Origin: Octopus vulgaris
Taxonomy: Eukaryota
Assembly (NCBI GenBank): GCA_951406725.2
Contig: OX597826.1
Coordinates: 43,338,001-43,402,000, forward strand
Reading direction: 5' to 3'
DNA: 64,000 nt
The notes under the pieces were generated by a model. That model ran no database searches and had not been told where the DNA came from. It worked only from the letters and a program-made list of their open reading frames with translations. Shown in pieces: positions 41,213-56,302 of this stretch. Each line of letters opens with the position of its first letter. Position 1 is the first letter of the stretch. The position numbers were made by a program, and so were the translations under genes.

Positions 41213-41627
41213 TACTCTTTACTCTTTTACTCTTTTACTTGTTTCAGTCATTTGACTGCGGTCATGCTGGAGCACCGCCTTTAGTCGAGCAAATCGACCC
41301 CGGGACTTATTCTTTGTAAGCCCAGTACTTATTCTTTCGGTCTCTTTTGCCGAACCGCTAAGTTACGAGGACGTAAACACACCAGCATCGGTTGTCAAGC
41401 AATGCTAGGTGGACAAACACAGACACACACATACATATATATATATATATACATACATATATACGACAGGCTTCTTTCAGTTTCCGTCTACCAAATCCAC
41501 TCACAAGGCATTGGTCGGCCCGGGGCTATAGCAGAAGACACTTGCCCAAGATGCCACGCAGTGGGACTGAACCCGGAACCATGTGGTTGGTTAGCAAGCT
41601 ACTTACCACGCAGCCACTCCTGCGCCT
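41213..41627 (-). mobile_element. SINE family B, full length, inverted relative to the previous copy
   Basis: Reverse complement of 40587-41060. Further minus-strand 3' halves at 41628-41925 and 42655-42855. Confidence 0.92.
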
Positions 41628-41831
41628 TTCTTTTACTCTTTTATTCTTTTATTCGTTTAAGTCATTTGACTGCGGCCACGCTGGAACACCGCCTTTAGTT
41701 TAACAAGTCGACCCCAGGACTTATTCTTTGTAAGCCTAGTACTTATTCTGTCGGTCTCTTTTGCCGAACCGCTAGATTACGGGAACGTAAACACACCAGC
41801 ATTGGTTGTCAAGCGATGTTGGGGCGGAAAA

Positions 41832-41905
<74 letters not shown>

Positions 41906-42850
41906 AAACAAACATACACACAGACACACATATAGAAGTGGCTCTGTGGGAAAGAAAAAAAAGAGTGGTACCAACATTAGGCGACGACTACGACGATAAC
42001 GACGATGATAAACATCATCATGACGACAATGATGATGATGTTGATGCTTCTGCTCTTGTTGCTGATAATAATGATAAATAGACTGGAATAACTTGAAATG
42101 AAGGACCTGATGGAGGACACAATGCATCGCCTAGTCTAGGAATCGAACCGACGATTTTACGATCGCCAACACAACATCCTTACTACTTGGCAACATTGAC
42201 TTTAGAACATTTCAATTTCAATCCTTGATTTACACAACACAACGCTATTCAAAACTAAAGTTCTTTATTTCCATTTGTTCGCCACTCCTCCACCGTCACA
42301 TCTCAACAATAAATCAATCACGTATTTTTTAAATCATTTCCGTTATTAAACAAATACTGTAAATGTCTTGTAATATTCAAGGTAGACAAAATATGTTCAA
42401 TATTTTCGCCCGGATGTTCAATAAAAAGTGTGAATTCTTGCAATAATATTCCGACAAAACATTTGACATATTTCAAAGCTGGAGCGAAATTTTCTCGCCA
42501 ACAAAAAAAAAAAAAAAAAAAATTCGTCTCGAAATATTTATTTTTAAATGAAGTGTTATTATTGGTTGCTTCTTGTAAACGGAATGTTTCATTAAACGTA
42601 AGAAAAGGAAGTATTTAAGAATAAAATTTAACTATTCCATAACCTTTATATATTTCATCTTTCTTTTATTCTTTTATTTGTTTCAGTCATTTGACTGCGG
42701 CCATGCTGGAGCATTGCCTTTAGTCTAACTTATTCTTTGTAAACCTAGTACGTATTCTATCAGTCTTTTGCTTAACCGCTAAGTTGCGGGGAGGTAAACA
42801 CACCAACATCGGTTGTCAACAAATAGTGGGGTGATAAACACAGACACACA

Positions 42851-42924
<74 letters not shown>

Positions 42925-42931
42925 CATATAA

Positions 42932-43095
42932 AGTTAATCCAAACAAGAAAGCACAAAAAAAAACACAACGCGAGGACGTGGAACAAATATAGTATTATTG
43001 GACGCTCAGGAAAGAAGGAAAGAAGGAGGGTTTAACGTTTCGAGCGGAGCTCTTCATCGGAAACATAGGAGAAGGAAAGATCCAGAGAAGGGAAA
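42932..43095 (-). mobile_element. Second copy of the 16755 element, hammerhead-like motif at 43030-43064
   Basis: Minus strand: GTTT-CCGATGA-A-GAGC TCC GCTC-GAAA-CGTT-AAAC; abuts (TA)n. Confidence 0.7.
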
Positions 43096-43591
43096 ATATA
43101 ATATGTGACAATTATTCGGATGTCGAAGCTGAAACCTGTTCCGGTGTCTCGTCAATTATCGAGGCAATCAAAAAATTACATTCCCTAATAATACTAGGTA
43201 TTGGACATCACTTGGATGCAACCATCCCTTTATGAGGTTAACATATCCTCCAAATACACACACACAAATATATATATATATATATATATATACATACACA
43301 CATATCGGTATGTCTATATGTGCGTATAAAATAAAAGGCAGAAAAGTGCAGATTTTACATACAGTTCATAATCTGATTGTAATCAACAGCTGTTTCACTG
43401 GCAACAAACATTATCATATATATAATCATGTAATTGTGATACATATCTGATTCTGTATATGCATCCAAAATTGTGTTTCCAGGATTAACTGCACATTAAT
43501 AAGTCATTGAATTCAAACGATGTATTAATTGCTCTTTTAGCTACCACAAAATATTACGCATTTTATATCCCCCTCTCTCTGTATATACTTG

Positions 43592-43661
<70 letters not shown>

Positions 43662-44414
43662 TATATATATATATATATATACAAAATTTAATTTCGGTTG
43701 AGCGTTCTGTATCTAGTTCTGGAAATTGTGTTTTGTAAATAACAGACTATGCTGATGATCTTGCAGATCTTTGTGTGTCTATATACGTAAATATTAACAA
43801 GTGAAACGAATGGTAGATAGGTAATCGTTTTTTATTTCGTATATTTTCATTTATCTTGCTTATTTTTACATTTTATTTTCTTTGCTGAGATTTTTTTGGG
43901 GAACACATTCTTCGTGGCAATGGTGATTTGACGTCTATGTTTTAGTGGTCAGTACTCTAAATTTTGTATGTAAAACAATTTTTAATCTTCGGATTTTTTA
44001 AAAATATGCTAAGCCACTGGTTTTAATTGATTAACATCAATTTCTACCCTTATTTAATTAATCAATTATATATATATTCGACGGATTTCCACACAGTTTC
44101 CATCTACGAAATTCACTCACAAGCCATTGGTCGACCCGACCCTATCGTAGAGGATTCATTTCTACGGTTCCGCACAGTAAGATCGAACTGGAAATTACGT
44201 GGTTGCGAAGTGTACTTCTTAACCACACAGTCATATCTGCATTTATTAGTCAATGGAGTTTATTTCAAAAATTTTGTTTCATGAAATTGTTGAGACACAC
44301 AAACCGGCTGACCGATGACGTCACTTCCTCACCTGCTTTCTTTAAATAATCTAATCGGTCATATAATTATATTATAAAAGAAAAAAAAAATTATATAGTA
44401 ATAATAATGAGGAT

Positions 44415-44517
<103 letters not shown>

Positions 44518-44613
44518 TAATAATAAAAGGAAATCAGTACCAAATTTTGTCCCTAATTATTTGGTCTTGACTGTGTGTTTAACACACGCACGTACACACA
44601 CACACACACACAA

Positions 44614-44669
<56 letters not shown>

Positions 44670-45254
44670 GCGCGCGCGCATGCAGCTTTGAACTCGTTGA
44701 ATATATAATTAGCCAGTTACGATACAACAGCTTCCGCAGCTCAAATAATTATTGTTTTGCAATAATATTTGACTTGGCTGTCGCACTTTGTACTTTCCTC
44801 AATAATAATTTGTGTCCGTGTTTATTTAAGAAAAAAAGATTCGAAAGAAAACCTCAACAAATCTTAACAATGAAATAAAAGAGAAAAAAAAGAAAAAAGA
44901 AAACACGAAAAGAAAGTAAACAAAAACAAAAATAACAATGGAGAAACGTGGGGGTCTTTTATCTTGAAAGTCAGTTTATCTGGCCGATTGCTATTAGAGT
45001 GCATCGCCACCGTCGTCGTCGCCAAAGCCATCATGATCATAATCATCATCTTCGCCCCTGTCTGTCATCGTAGTCGTCATCCTCCTCTTCTGCTTCCTCA
45101 TTATCAACTCATTATCATCGTCGTCAACACCACCATTACCACCACAATCATTATCATTGTTGCCATCATCATCATCATCATCATCCTTCTCATGGTGTTT
45201 CTGGTGGTTCTCGTGGTCGTGGTCGCACTCATCATCATCATCATCCTCGTTGCT

Positions 45255-45718
45255 ATTCTCCACCTCTGTCTCCTCCTCCTCCTCCTCCTCCTTTCTCAAC
45301 TCTCCTCCTCCACCTCTCCCACCTCTCCTCCTCCTCCTCCTTTCCTACCTCTCCTCCTCCTCTTCCACCTCTCCTCCTTCTCTTCCACCTCTCCTCCTCC
45401 TCTTCCACCTCTCCTCCTCCCTTTTCATTTCTCCTCCTCCCTTTTCATTTCTCCTCCTCCTTATCCACCTCTCCCCTCCTCCCTTTTCCTCTCTCCTCCT
45501 CCTATTCCACCTCTCCTCCTCCTCCTCCTCCTCCCCATCCTCCCCATCCTCCTTTTTCACCTCCCCTCCTCCCTTTTCCACCTCTCCCCCGCCTCCTCCC
45601 CCTCCCGCCTCCACCTTTACCTCCTTCTCCACCTTTACTTCTTCCTCAGTTTCTACCTCCATCTCCTCTTCTTCCACCTCCTAAACCTCTTCCTGCCCCT
45701 CCGCCCTGCCTCCTCCAA
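45255..45718. repeat. Degenerate (CCT)n polypyrimidine/polypurine tract
   Basis: Read directly; explains the 330-aa L/P/S-rich ORF. Confidence 0.9.
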
Positions 45719-46391
45719 CTATCATCGTCGTCGTCATCCAACGGCCACCACTACCGTCACCGTTGTCGTCATAGCATCGTCATCCTCTTCGTCGTCGTCT
45801 TTGTCGTCGTTATCATCGTCGCTGACGTCAACATCACCATCACCATTACTATCACCATCACCCTCACTACCACCATCACCTAGCAGCAACAGCAGTAGTA
45901 GTGATAGTAGTAGTATTGGCGGTCACCAAATAAAACATTTTAATATTTATGAATGACGTAGGTTACAGAATGCTTGAAATAATTTCTTCATGTCCGCAGG
46001 AATTGAAATTTTAGGTTCTACTTTTAGATTCTGTTTATCCTGCTGTGCACTAGCTACCAATTTTAGCCAAAATATACTTACTGAACTAACTACCTCGTTG
46101 TGATTTTAATATGCTAATCTGACCTATGATTCAAGGTCACATGGTTTCATATAATAAGCGTACAGCCGTCTGTCAACCAGTTGAGACCTGATATTCTCTG
46201 ATGGCTCGCTATTATTAGCTTAGAAGCCAGGAAACGAGACTTGCCCTGGTAAAAAAAAAAATCGAATTAACTTTAAGAGCTGTCAAAAGACAAGTTAAAT
46301 ACCTCTCAGAAGCCAAAAGAATAAAAGTAGCAAATAAACACGCCTTCATGCATATGTATAAACACTCACAACACAGACACACAGAGATTAA

Positions 46392-46450
<59 letters not shown>

Positions 46451-46830
46451 TGTTTTTGTTTGTACGCCTCTGTTTACGCATAGAAAATACGTAAATAACC
46501 TCCATCAACACATATATAACGGATGAAAGAAGCAGATAAAGGGAAATTAGCATGAAATGAGGAAATATTGATTGAAAAAAAACTATCGTTTTTATTAATG
46601 ATCAATATATCTAAGACGTATCCAGAATCAGAAAACAAAGCTTGTTGGGAGTCTGCTCTCGTATGATTTAGTTTTACCGCCTCTTTTACCTGTATAAACT
46701 ATATAAGTCTTTCTCCGCTTCTGCCACTCCTATATGATGTGATATCCAGTTCCTACTTCACATTTTGAAATATTAGTTTAGTAATAATAACCACAATAAA
46801 TAATGTTGTTATTATCAACAATGATAACAA

Positions 46831-47445
46831 GGCGGCGAGTTGGCAGAATCGTTAGCACGCTGGGTAAAAAAATGCTTAGCGGCATTTCGTCCGTCTTTAT
46901 GTTCTGAGTTCAAATTCCAAAGAGATCGACTTTGCCTTTCATCCTTTCGGGGTCGATAAATTAAATACCAGTAGTGCACAGGGGTCGATGTAATCGTCTA
47001 GTCCTCTCCTTCAGATTTCAGACTTGTGCCTTTAATAGAAGGATTACTAGTAATAATAACATCACCATATTAGGTTATCAATAATTCATATAAATTTTGA
47101 CACAAGGTCGGAATTTTGAAGGGAGGGTAAGTCGATTAGGTCAACCCAGTACTCAACTGGTGTTTATTTTATCGATCCCGAGTGGAGGAAAGGTAAAATC
47201 GACATCTGTGGTATTCGAACTCAACCGGAATAAATGTCACTAAGTACTACGTCCGTTGCGTTAACGATTTTACCAGCATGCCACCTTGTATTAATTTACT
47301 AATAATCCTCTCTTCTCTAGCCAGAAGGCATGGAATTTTCTGGGTGGTTGGGTGGGGGGAGACAAATCGATTACATCGACCCCAGTGCTCAACTGATACT
47401 TATTAAATTAATCCCATAAGGATGAAAGGCAAAGTCGACCTCGAT
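46831..47445. mobile_element. Cluster of SINE A copies (46831-47040 plus; ~47090-47287 and ~47310-47445 minus)
   Basis: Match to the family A consensus. Confidence 0.8.
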
Positions 47446-47990
47446 GGAAAACTAGTATAGCAACAGATGCAACATTTGTCATTAATTTAGCAATAACAAT
47501 GGAAGCCATATTAGTTTAATAATATTAGCAACATATATCATACTTATCAAGAAATAACGCCAAGACGCCATAATAATAATTTTGTAATAATAGCAACATT
47601 TATTATTGTTTATTAATAATTGCAAGAAACCATAGTTTAATGATTAACGCCGAAATATCACATTAGTTAAGTAATGATAGTAACATTTAGTAATAATAGT
47701 AGGACATCATAGTGGTTTAGTAAAAGTAGCAACATTTATCATAATTTAGTAATAATAATGGGACATCATAGTAGTTTAGTAAAACTAGCAACATCATAAT
47801 AATGTTGTAATTATTTCTAAAATAGACAAAAAGCTTGAAATGATTTTTTGTGGGTGGAGGCCAGAGATTAGTTGAAACCATTATATGGCTGGTACTTTAT
47901 TTTATCGATCACAAATGAATGAAAAAGCATTTATCATATTAATTTATTTATAGTAGTATCACGTTTATTAGTCTAGAAATAACAGTAAAA

Positions 47991-48304
47991 GTGGAGGCAC
48001 AATGGCCCAGTGGTTAGGGCAGCGGACTCGCTGTCGGAGGATCGCGGTTTCGATTCCCAGACCGGGCGTTGTGTGTGTTTATTGAGCGGAAATACCTAAA
48101 AGCTCCACGAGGCCCCGGCAGGGGGTGGTGGCGACCCCTGTTGTACTCTTTCACCAAAACTGGCTCTCACACTCTCTTCCTGTTTCTTGAGGAACGCTGC
48201 GATGGACTGGCGTCCTGTCCAGCTGGGGGTAACCCATACGCCACAGAAACCGGGAAACCGGGCCCATGAGCTTTGACTAGGCTTGAAAAGGGGCGAAGAA
48301 GAAG
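47991..48304 (+). mobile_element. SINE family C, full length
   Basis: Match to 15361-15673; short (GAA)n tail. Confidence 0.9.
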
Positions 48305-48920
48305 AATAGCTGTAAGAAATTATCGTATTAGTTTACTTGTGAAACACATTAATTTAGTAAGAATAGAAATACTTACCATGTTAGTTTAGCAATAATGGCA
48401 AAACATATATTAATTTAATGTACTACAGTCAGTGGATAATTTATATTGTAGAACTTAAAAATAAACTCATGAAACGCTTCTTGTAAAAGTTATTCTGATG
48501 AAATTAAATATCTGATACATTTTTATTCTCTTTATGTGAAATAATTATAAATTATGCTACATCATGATGTTAGTTTCGTGCAAATGGAAATGGTATAAGA
48601 TTTTAGTATTACCGCCTATTTTTTATTATGTGTTATAATTTTGATGTTGATAATAAAAATGTTTGAGAATAGTAAATAATAATTGATAAATAATACAATA
48701 AAGCGAGCATTCTACAGTTTATGTTTACGAGTCTTCCTCATTTCTTAGAGTTGTTTGTCCCAGTTCGAGCTGACCGATATCATATATGTTTTCTTCAATC
48801 GGGTGAAGGAACATTTGCCTGTTATTTCAAGCAGATCAAACAAACATGTCCAATCTTCGTTCGTGGTTCACCGTTCGTAGTTAATTTACATAAGTTATGT
48901 CGTTATTACTAAACTATAAA

Positions 48921-49301
48921 GGCGGCGAGCTGGCAGATTCCCAGACCGGGCACTGTGTGTGTGTTTATTGCGCGAAAACACCTAAAGCTCTACGAGGCTC
49001 CGGCAGGGGGTGCTGGCGACCCCTACTGTACTCTTTCGCCCCAAATTTCTCTCACTCTTTCCTCCTGTTTCTTGAGTAACGCTGCGCTGGACTGGCGTCC
49101 CGTCCAGCTGCGGGGAACACATATGCTATAGAAACCGGAGAACCGGGCCCATGAGCCTGGTTAGGCTTGAAAAGGGCGCATAAATAAATAAAAACTTTAT
49201 TTTCTGAGTTCAAATGATGCCGAGGTCAGCTTTTCTTTTTCATTCTTCCGGGGTCGATAAAATAAGGGATTAGTTAATTACTGGGGTCAATTTACTTAGC
49301 T

Positions 49302-49343
<42 letters not shown>

Positions 49344-49360
49344 AATTTGAGACCTTGTGT
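48921..49360 (+). mobile_element. SINE A interrupted by a 5'-truncated SINE C (48938-49195)
   Basis: GGCGGCGAGCTGGCAGA|TTCCCAGACCGGG...; the A sequence resumes at TTCTGAGTTCAAA (~49202). Confidence 0.8.
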
Positions 49361-49613
49361 TTATGCAGGAAACAATTATTAAGACTAGTAGGTCGGCAGA
49401 ATCGTCAGAGTCGAAGAAAAATGTCTTACGATATTTTTCACATCCTGAGTTCAAACCCCATGACAGTCGCTTTTGCCTTCTACCCTTCTGGGTTCGAGAA
49501 AATAATGTACCAGTTAAGTACTGGGATTGTTTAAATTGTTTAACTTCTGTCCTCAAATTTCTGGTCTTGTTCCTTACTAAATTAGCAAACTAATATGATA
49601 AAACTCTCCATAA

Positions 49614-49805
49614 GTACTAAACGAGTGTAGGTTTTACTAACAAATATGTCTTGTTATTATTACCAAATTATTATTATTAGTCTTCGCTTTAGTATTAAAC
49701 TAATATCATGTACTAAACGAGTGTAAGTTTTACTAACAAATATGTCTTGTTATTATTACCAAATTATTATTATTAGTCTTCGCTTTAGTATTAAACCAAT
49801 ATCAT
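49614..49805. repeat. Tandem duplication, 2 x 96 bp
   Basis: GTACTAAACGAGTGTA... at 49614 and 49710, about 2 mismatches. Confidence 0.92.
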
Positions 49806-50975
49806 AAGACTTACTAACAGGTAAGTCTTAACTACTGTTACTTAAGTAGTATGAGGTCTTGCTGTTAAGCAGTATGAGTCTTGTTATTATCAGACTCATA
49901 TGATAAGACTCTATTAATATTAAATCAAATAAGTCTTGCTAACAAATACGATAAGTCTTAGTATTGTTATTAAATATATATGATATATCTTATTCTCTTC
50001 ATAGAAAATATGTATAACGATAAACATAACTATATTATATATACTCGCTTTGGTTCTGGTTATTTTCAGTATTCTTCCATTTTGGAAATTTTTTTCCTTG
50101 ACAGCAATGGTTTTGTTTTTTTACTTTTGTCTTTCTTTCTATTTTTCTTTCAGTCTATTTTCCTCTTTTATTTCTTTCTCTCACTCTTCCTTCCTTCCTC
50201 CTCTCTCTCTTTCTCACGCACACACACACACACACACATATTCCCTTTGAACTTTTCAATGTGTTTATACACAAATGTACACATATTCCGTTTCGTGGAG
50301 CGTTTTCAACATCATCCTTCCTTTCATCTTTACCCCACTTCCCTCCACCCTCCTCTCCATCTCTATTGACCCCCACCACCTCCTCCTAATCCTCACCTCT
50401 CCCTACTCTCCCTCCCTCCACCACCACCACTACCACCACTACCACCACCACCATCATCGCACATCTACAAGCACAGCCGCAATCTTTCTCATCCCACACA
50501 CATAAGCAAGCCAACAAACGCTTCCAAAACAGTCGAAAATAAAAATATATTTCTTTTAAAGAATAAAAGAAAACCTGTAGTTGTTGTTGCTGTTACTGTT
50601 ACTGTTATTGTTGTCGTTGTGGTTGTTGTTGTTTTTCCTTCTTCCTCTCCCTCCTTCTTATTTCCTTTCTTTTCTAGAGATAATAAGTTATGAGTAGTGT
50701 CCCACGAGGATCGGTTCTGTGGCTTCTCTCTTTCTTCTGACAAAAATCAATGATAAAATATCTGCCACTAGAAGCTCAGTGTCTACCTAGAGAGCAAGAC
50801 ACCAATCAATATCAAAATACACCCATGTTACAGCCTCTTTACAAATTAACACTGCTTCTTATTTACTATCTTCGTTTACTCTCATTCTTCACCTAGTCTT
50901 AAACCAAATAAATCAAACGCTGGGATGGCGAGAGCAACAATCTTGCTCTTCTTTGTCTTTGTCGCTTTCTATTTC

Positions 50976-51064
<89 letters not shown>

Positions 51065-51098
51065 TTATATATGTATATATATATGTATATATATGTAT

Positions 51099-51131
<33 letters not shown>

Positions 51132-51308
51132 CACACACACATATTTATACATATATATATACACATACATATATATATACATCTATAATATATATGTATA
51201 TATATGTATGTATATATATATATATATGTATATATATGTATATATATAGACACATACATGTATGTGTGTGTGTCGGTGTGTTTATGTGTATATATGTATG
51301 CATATATA

Positions 51309-51369
<61 letters not shown>

Positions 51370-51499
51370 ATATAAGGAAAGAAGCCGAGAGAAAGAGACA
51401 GAGGGCAAAAGAGAGTTATGAATAGATAGAATGACAGTTATTTAGTAAATGTACATCATATGTATATGTATGTGTGTGTGCGCGTGTGTGTATATATAC

Positions 51500-51530
<31 letters not shown>

Positions 51531-51887
51531 TGTATGTATGTATGTATATGTGTGTACGTACTTTCGCACAAGTACACAAAGAGTGCGCGTGTGGTTCCTC
51601 CATTATTAGCACTAATTATGTTTACCAAGAAATAGCTATAATCACTGCAGTAATTTTTCCGCAGCCAAGAAAGCAAGCAACGACCGTTCAGTCAATGATA
51701 TCAAAATGATGCTTCCTTTCCTTTAGATCTCATCAGCCTTCAGTTCCTTTCTTAATTCCTCATATTTAAACCAGTGTGCACTTGTTACATAGAAACAGTC
51801 TCCCCAAATCCACAATCTTTTTTCTTCTTTCGTTACTTTCTGCTTCTCTTTCCCTCCCTCTTGATCTCTCTCCTTACCTCCCTTTCA

Positions 51888-51923
<36 letters not shown>

Positions 51924-51991
51924 GTAGAAATAATTGATATGGAAGATATAGTATACTATAAACTTTACTTTATATATACATTATACATTTT

Positions 51992-52026
<35 letters not shown>

Positions 52027-52165
52027 GGGATGTATATATATATATGCACACACACACAGGCACACATTCATACATGCAGTGATCCTCTGAGATTTTTTCA
52101 GGTATAGAAATTTCCAAGAATGGCCTAATTATTGTTGAATGATATGTGTTGCAGTAATAGTAGTT

Positions 52166-52227
<62 letters not shown>

Positions 52228-52247
52228 TGCTGTTGTTATTATTCCTG

Positions 52248-52590
52248 GCAGAATTTGAACTCAGAACGTAAAGACGGACGAAATGCCGCTGAACGTTTCT
52301 CTCGGCGCGATAACGATTCTGCAGCTCACCGCCGTCAATATAATAAATATTAGCTGAGCATAGGGAGTCGATGTAATCGTCTTACCTCTACCCCATAATT
52401 GCTTTTGGCTTCCTGCCAAAATTTGAAACAATTATTATTGGTATTAAATCCGCGAGGTGGCAGAATCATTAGAGCGTCGGATAAAGTGCTTAGCGACATT
52501 TCTTCCGGCGCTTTACGTTCTGAGTTCAAATTCCACTAAGGTCTATTTCAACCTTTCGGGATCAATAAAATAAAGTACCAGACTGGGGAG
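52248..52590. mobile_element. Diverged SINE A fragments on both strands
   Basis: GAATTTGAACTCAGAACGTA (minus) and TACGTTCTGAGTTCAAATTCC (plus). Confidence 0.7.
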
Positions 52591-54329
52591 ATCAATGCAG
52601 TTAGGCCTGTAATTGAAGAATCTAGATGACAATTCTAATCGGCAGGAAAATTGCTTTTGGTGTTTAGACGAGCAAATAAAATTGCTTGTGGTATAACTGA
52701 ACTTTATAAATAATACTTTTAAGCGTTTAGTAGTTTGTACTTTTAAACTGCTTTCAAAGTTTTGAAGAGTGAAATTAACTTAACGGCTGAAAGTTGAGAG
52801 GAAAAAAAAAAAAAAGAACTATTTTCATATCCGGTAAATACAACTTCACAGAAGTGTAAACTCCCCGATATAGATTTTCATACGAAAACGTCGTAAAACA
52901 TCTGTATATGGCTACACAAGTGAGAGTTAGACTGTATATACTGTGAACATAAATTCTGTTAAGACCAATCTGAAAAATGTAATTAATAAATGTTTAGATG
53001 AGAGACAATTCTATCGATTTCTGCAAGACAAACGGCAAAAATACTGTATGAGAATCATAAAATGTCAAAGAATCAAATTTATTTTCATAACTTATAACTT
53101 ATTTTCAACGAAAATAGCAGTATTGAGAAATTCATTTTACAGCCATTTGACTATTGACAATACAGCACTTTTACAATGTATAGAGATTTGAAAGTTTACA
53201 ATATTTTACACTTAACAGTGATGACAAATTTCTGGAAATACCAGATTTAATTCTAGTTATTCTTATTTAACTTTATTCTCATTCATTCAAATGAACATCG
53301 TGATATAATGAAAATTTTTGGTTTTTTATATCTTTAAAAATATATTCTGGTTTACTATTATTCATATTTCCAGTTTATTGAACATACTATATGCTTGGAT
53401 GCCATTAAAGATTTGGAAACAGTTCCTGATCGACTGGAAATTTAAATACATGAACTTCAGTGAGTCTTGGTTCTTTTTTCGTCATTTTCCTAAATATATT
53501 TATTCCTCTAATTTTCCATCCAAATATAACACATATATATATTCAGTTTCCATCTCTATTGAAAATTTGTTTTGCATCTTATTTACTCATCGTTATCGCT
53601 GCAACATGTTACAATTGAAAAAAACCAAACCAAACCAAACAAAACAAAAAGCAACACCAACAAACATACAAACAAACAAACAAAAAACGAAGGAAACGAA
53701 CGACATTAGTTTTATATCTTGCAAACAAACTGACTTTTCTATTTATTATATTTACAAATCATCCGAACGTTGTTAGCCTCGTTTGCCAAAACCGTCTATT
53801 TAAATTTGATTATTTGATCACATTTACAATATATTATGAAAATATTTAATTTCGTGATAGTTTTTCCTAATGTCAAGTGAAATGTTTTGTCGGGCCACGA
53901 TGAACTTATCTCTAGTTTCTCTGATATTAAGCAGAGAATAATTAATTAGTCACGTAATTTATTAGTTATTTTCTAGATATATACCTGAGAATAGAGTATA
54001 GCAGTCCAGTGTGTATCGGACTGTATCGGGAAATAATTTATTTAAACATACTTTGGATTTTATATATTATGTATATAAAATCTATGTATCTTACTTGGAC
54101 ATTCGGTTGAGAGAAAGCTGAATATTGTCATGCAATTCATTGTGTCATTAAATCTTGATGGAATCGTAGGGGCACCATCGTGGAATACAGCACATCTGGG
54201 GCTCTTTTAGACGTGACAGAACCAATTCCATTCCAAGTCTGACTATAGTCTATTTCTTTCAGAGAGGAGAAAATGAGAGAGGGAGAGAGACGGTGGGGTG
54301 GAGGAGGAGAGGAAAACCAATGCCAGTAG

Positions 54330-54630
54330 AAAATAGGTATTTATTTACCGGCCCCTAAAGGATGAAAAGCAAAAGTAACATGACTGAAATATGAACTCAG
54401 AATGTAGAGAGCCGGAACGATTGACGCTCTAATGACTTCGCCAGTTGGCCGTTTATGAATATTCTTTTCTTCTCTAGGAACGAGGCCCGAAATTTGTGGG
54501 GAGGGGGGCAGTCGATTAGATCGACCTCAGTACGCAACTGGTATTTTATTTATCGACCCCGAAAGGATGAAAGGCAAAGTTGACCTCGGTGGAATTTGAA
54601 CTCAGAACGTAAAAACAGATGAAATGCCGT
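54330..54630 (-). mobile_element. Two SINE A fragments
   Basis: GACCCCGAAAGGATGAAAGGCAAAG...GAACTCAGAACGTA. Confidence 0.75.
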
Positions 54631-55736
54631 TTATGGATATCGTGATAAAATGTTTGAGAATATTACTGTAACTCAATCCTTCTTCCACTCATCTACTCTA
54701 CTCCGAGATTTCTCATCAATATATTTCCATTGAACATTGATAAATAAGTAATTAACTAAATATCAATATCATTTGTCATTTATATTTTTCTTCAATTCTT
54801 CTAATTTTCACCCCATACTACACTATTTTCTAACAAAAAAAAAAAAGCAATAATAACAAACACCTTTTCACTGTTTTCAAGCCAACACAGATAAACAAAT
54901 AAAATCATATTGATGTAAGCTCTTGAAATAGCCTTAGATTAAAATACCAGCGTATATACATTTATAAAGTGTATATAGATATGGAACAAACAATATTAAC
55001 TATAATATTTTGTCATTGAAAAAAATCTCAAAGAGATTTGTGTATTAAAAACAGAAGGCTTCACTCAGAACTTACAGTGGATGGCCAGTCGATGAGCAAA
55101 GCCCATTTTTTAAACTCACAAATCTGTCTCTTAGGAAAATTTCTCTGACAGAAAATATTGCAGCTAGTGCCGTTCCAAGTCTATTTACACATATTAAATA
55201 TCATAAAAAAAAAACGGAAAATAAAACTAAAAACTAAAAACAAAATCCCCTCTAAAAAATCACAAGATGTTTGTATTGCTTACATTTTCCGCTTCAGATT
55301 CATTCATATTTGTATCAATACATTGGTGGTTTCCTTAGTTTAAGGAAGAACATTTACTAATAAGCCACGAGCTGAAATTAATGAGAGAGATGACTCGCCA
55401 GAAACAGGTTCAAGCTGGGCAAGCAATGTATCTTTTAACAAGTTAAAATATCAAATGAATCTAATTTTTTTCCCGCCAATCGTTGTTATTTTTCTTTTTT
55501 TTTTTCGCTGAAAGCAATGTTTCCACCCATTAAAGTATAAAGGAACTCTTCTGCTTATTATTACAATAAGAGTAAAACTGATAGAAATGCTCGTTGCCAT
55601 GCCTCTATTGATTTCTCTGACCTTCAAATGTAATTCTCTTGCCTAACCAGCATCTTTTTATTATGACTTCGAATCCATTACTGGTTAATGGTATTTACAT
55701 TATTCTTTTCAAGTTTATATACATCATGTAGATCTT

Positions 55737-55767
<31 letters not shown>

Positions 55768-56143
55768 AACACACACTCAGGCACACACATGTACACATAC
55801 ACACATACACCCCCACACGCACATTTATATAATAAACACAAGCATAAGTATATACATATGTATGTGTATATATATATATATTCTGTAATATATATATAAT
55901 ACATACAATATATATATATATATATATATATACCTACATACACATATTTATTTATATGTACGCGTATTTAACTTTATATATATACATACATAAATACATA
56001 TGCATATATCTATATGTGTGTGTGTAAATATATCTCTATTTATACATAGACTGATTCACAGAAACCCATACACACATACACGTATATACGTTTGTATATA
56101 CATATACATATATCATTTCATCCCTCTCTCTCTCTCTCTCTCT

Positions 56144-56192
<49 letters not shown>

Positions 56193-56255
56193 TATATGTA
56201 TTTACCTATATAATTGCATACATGCAATTATACGCACACACATACACACAAACAC

Positions 56256-56302
<47 letters not shown>

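Noticed and set aside
43115-43145. CGG-ATGTCGA-AGCT-GAAACCTGTT-CCG hammerhead-like string
   Set aside because: Two core substitutions and no room for stem II.
44964-45956. 330-aa Leu/Pro/Ser-rich ORF
   Set aside because: Made of (TCA)n and (CCT)n tracts.
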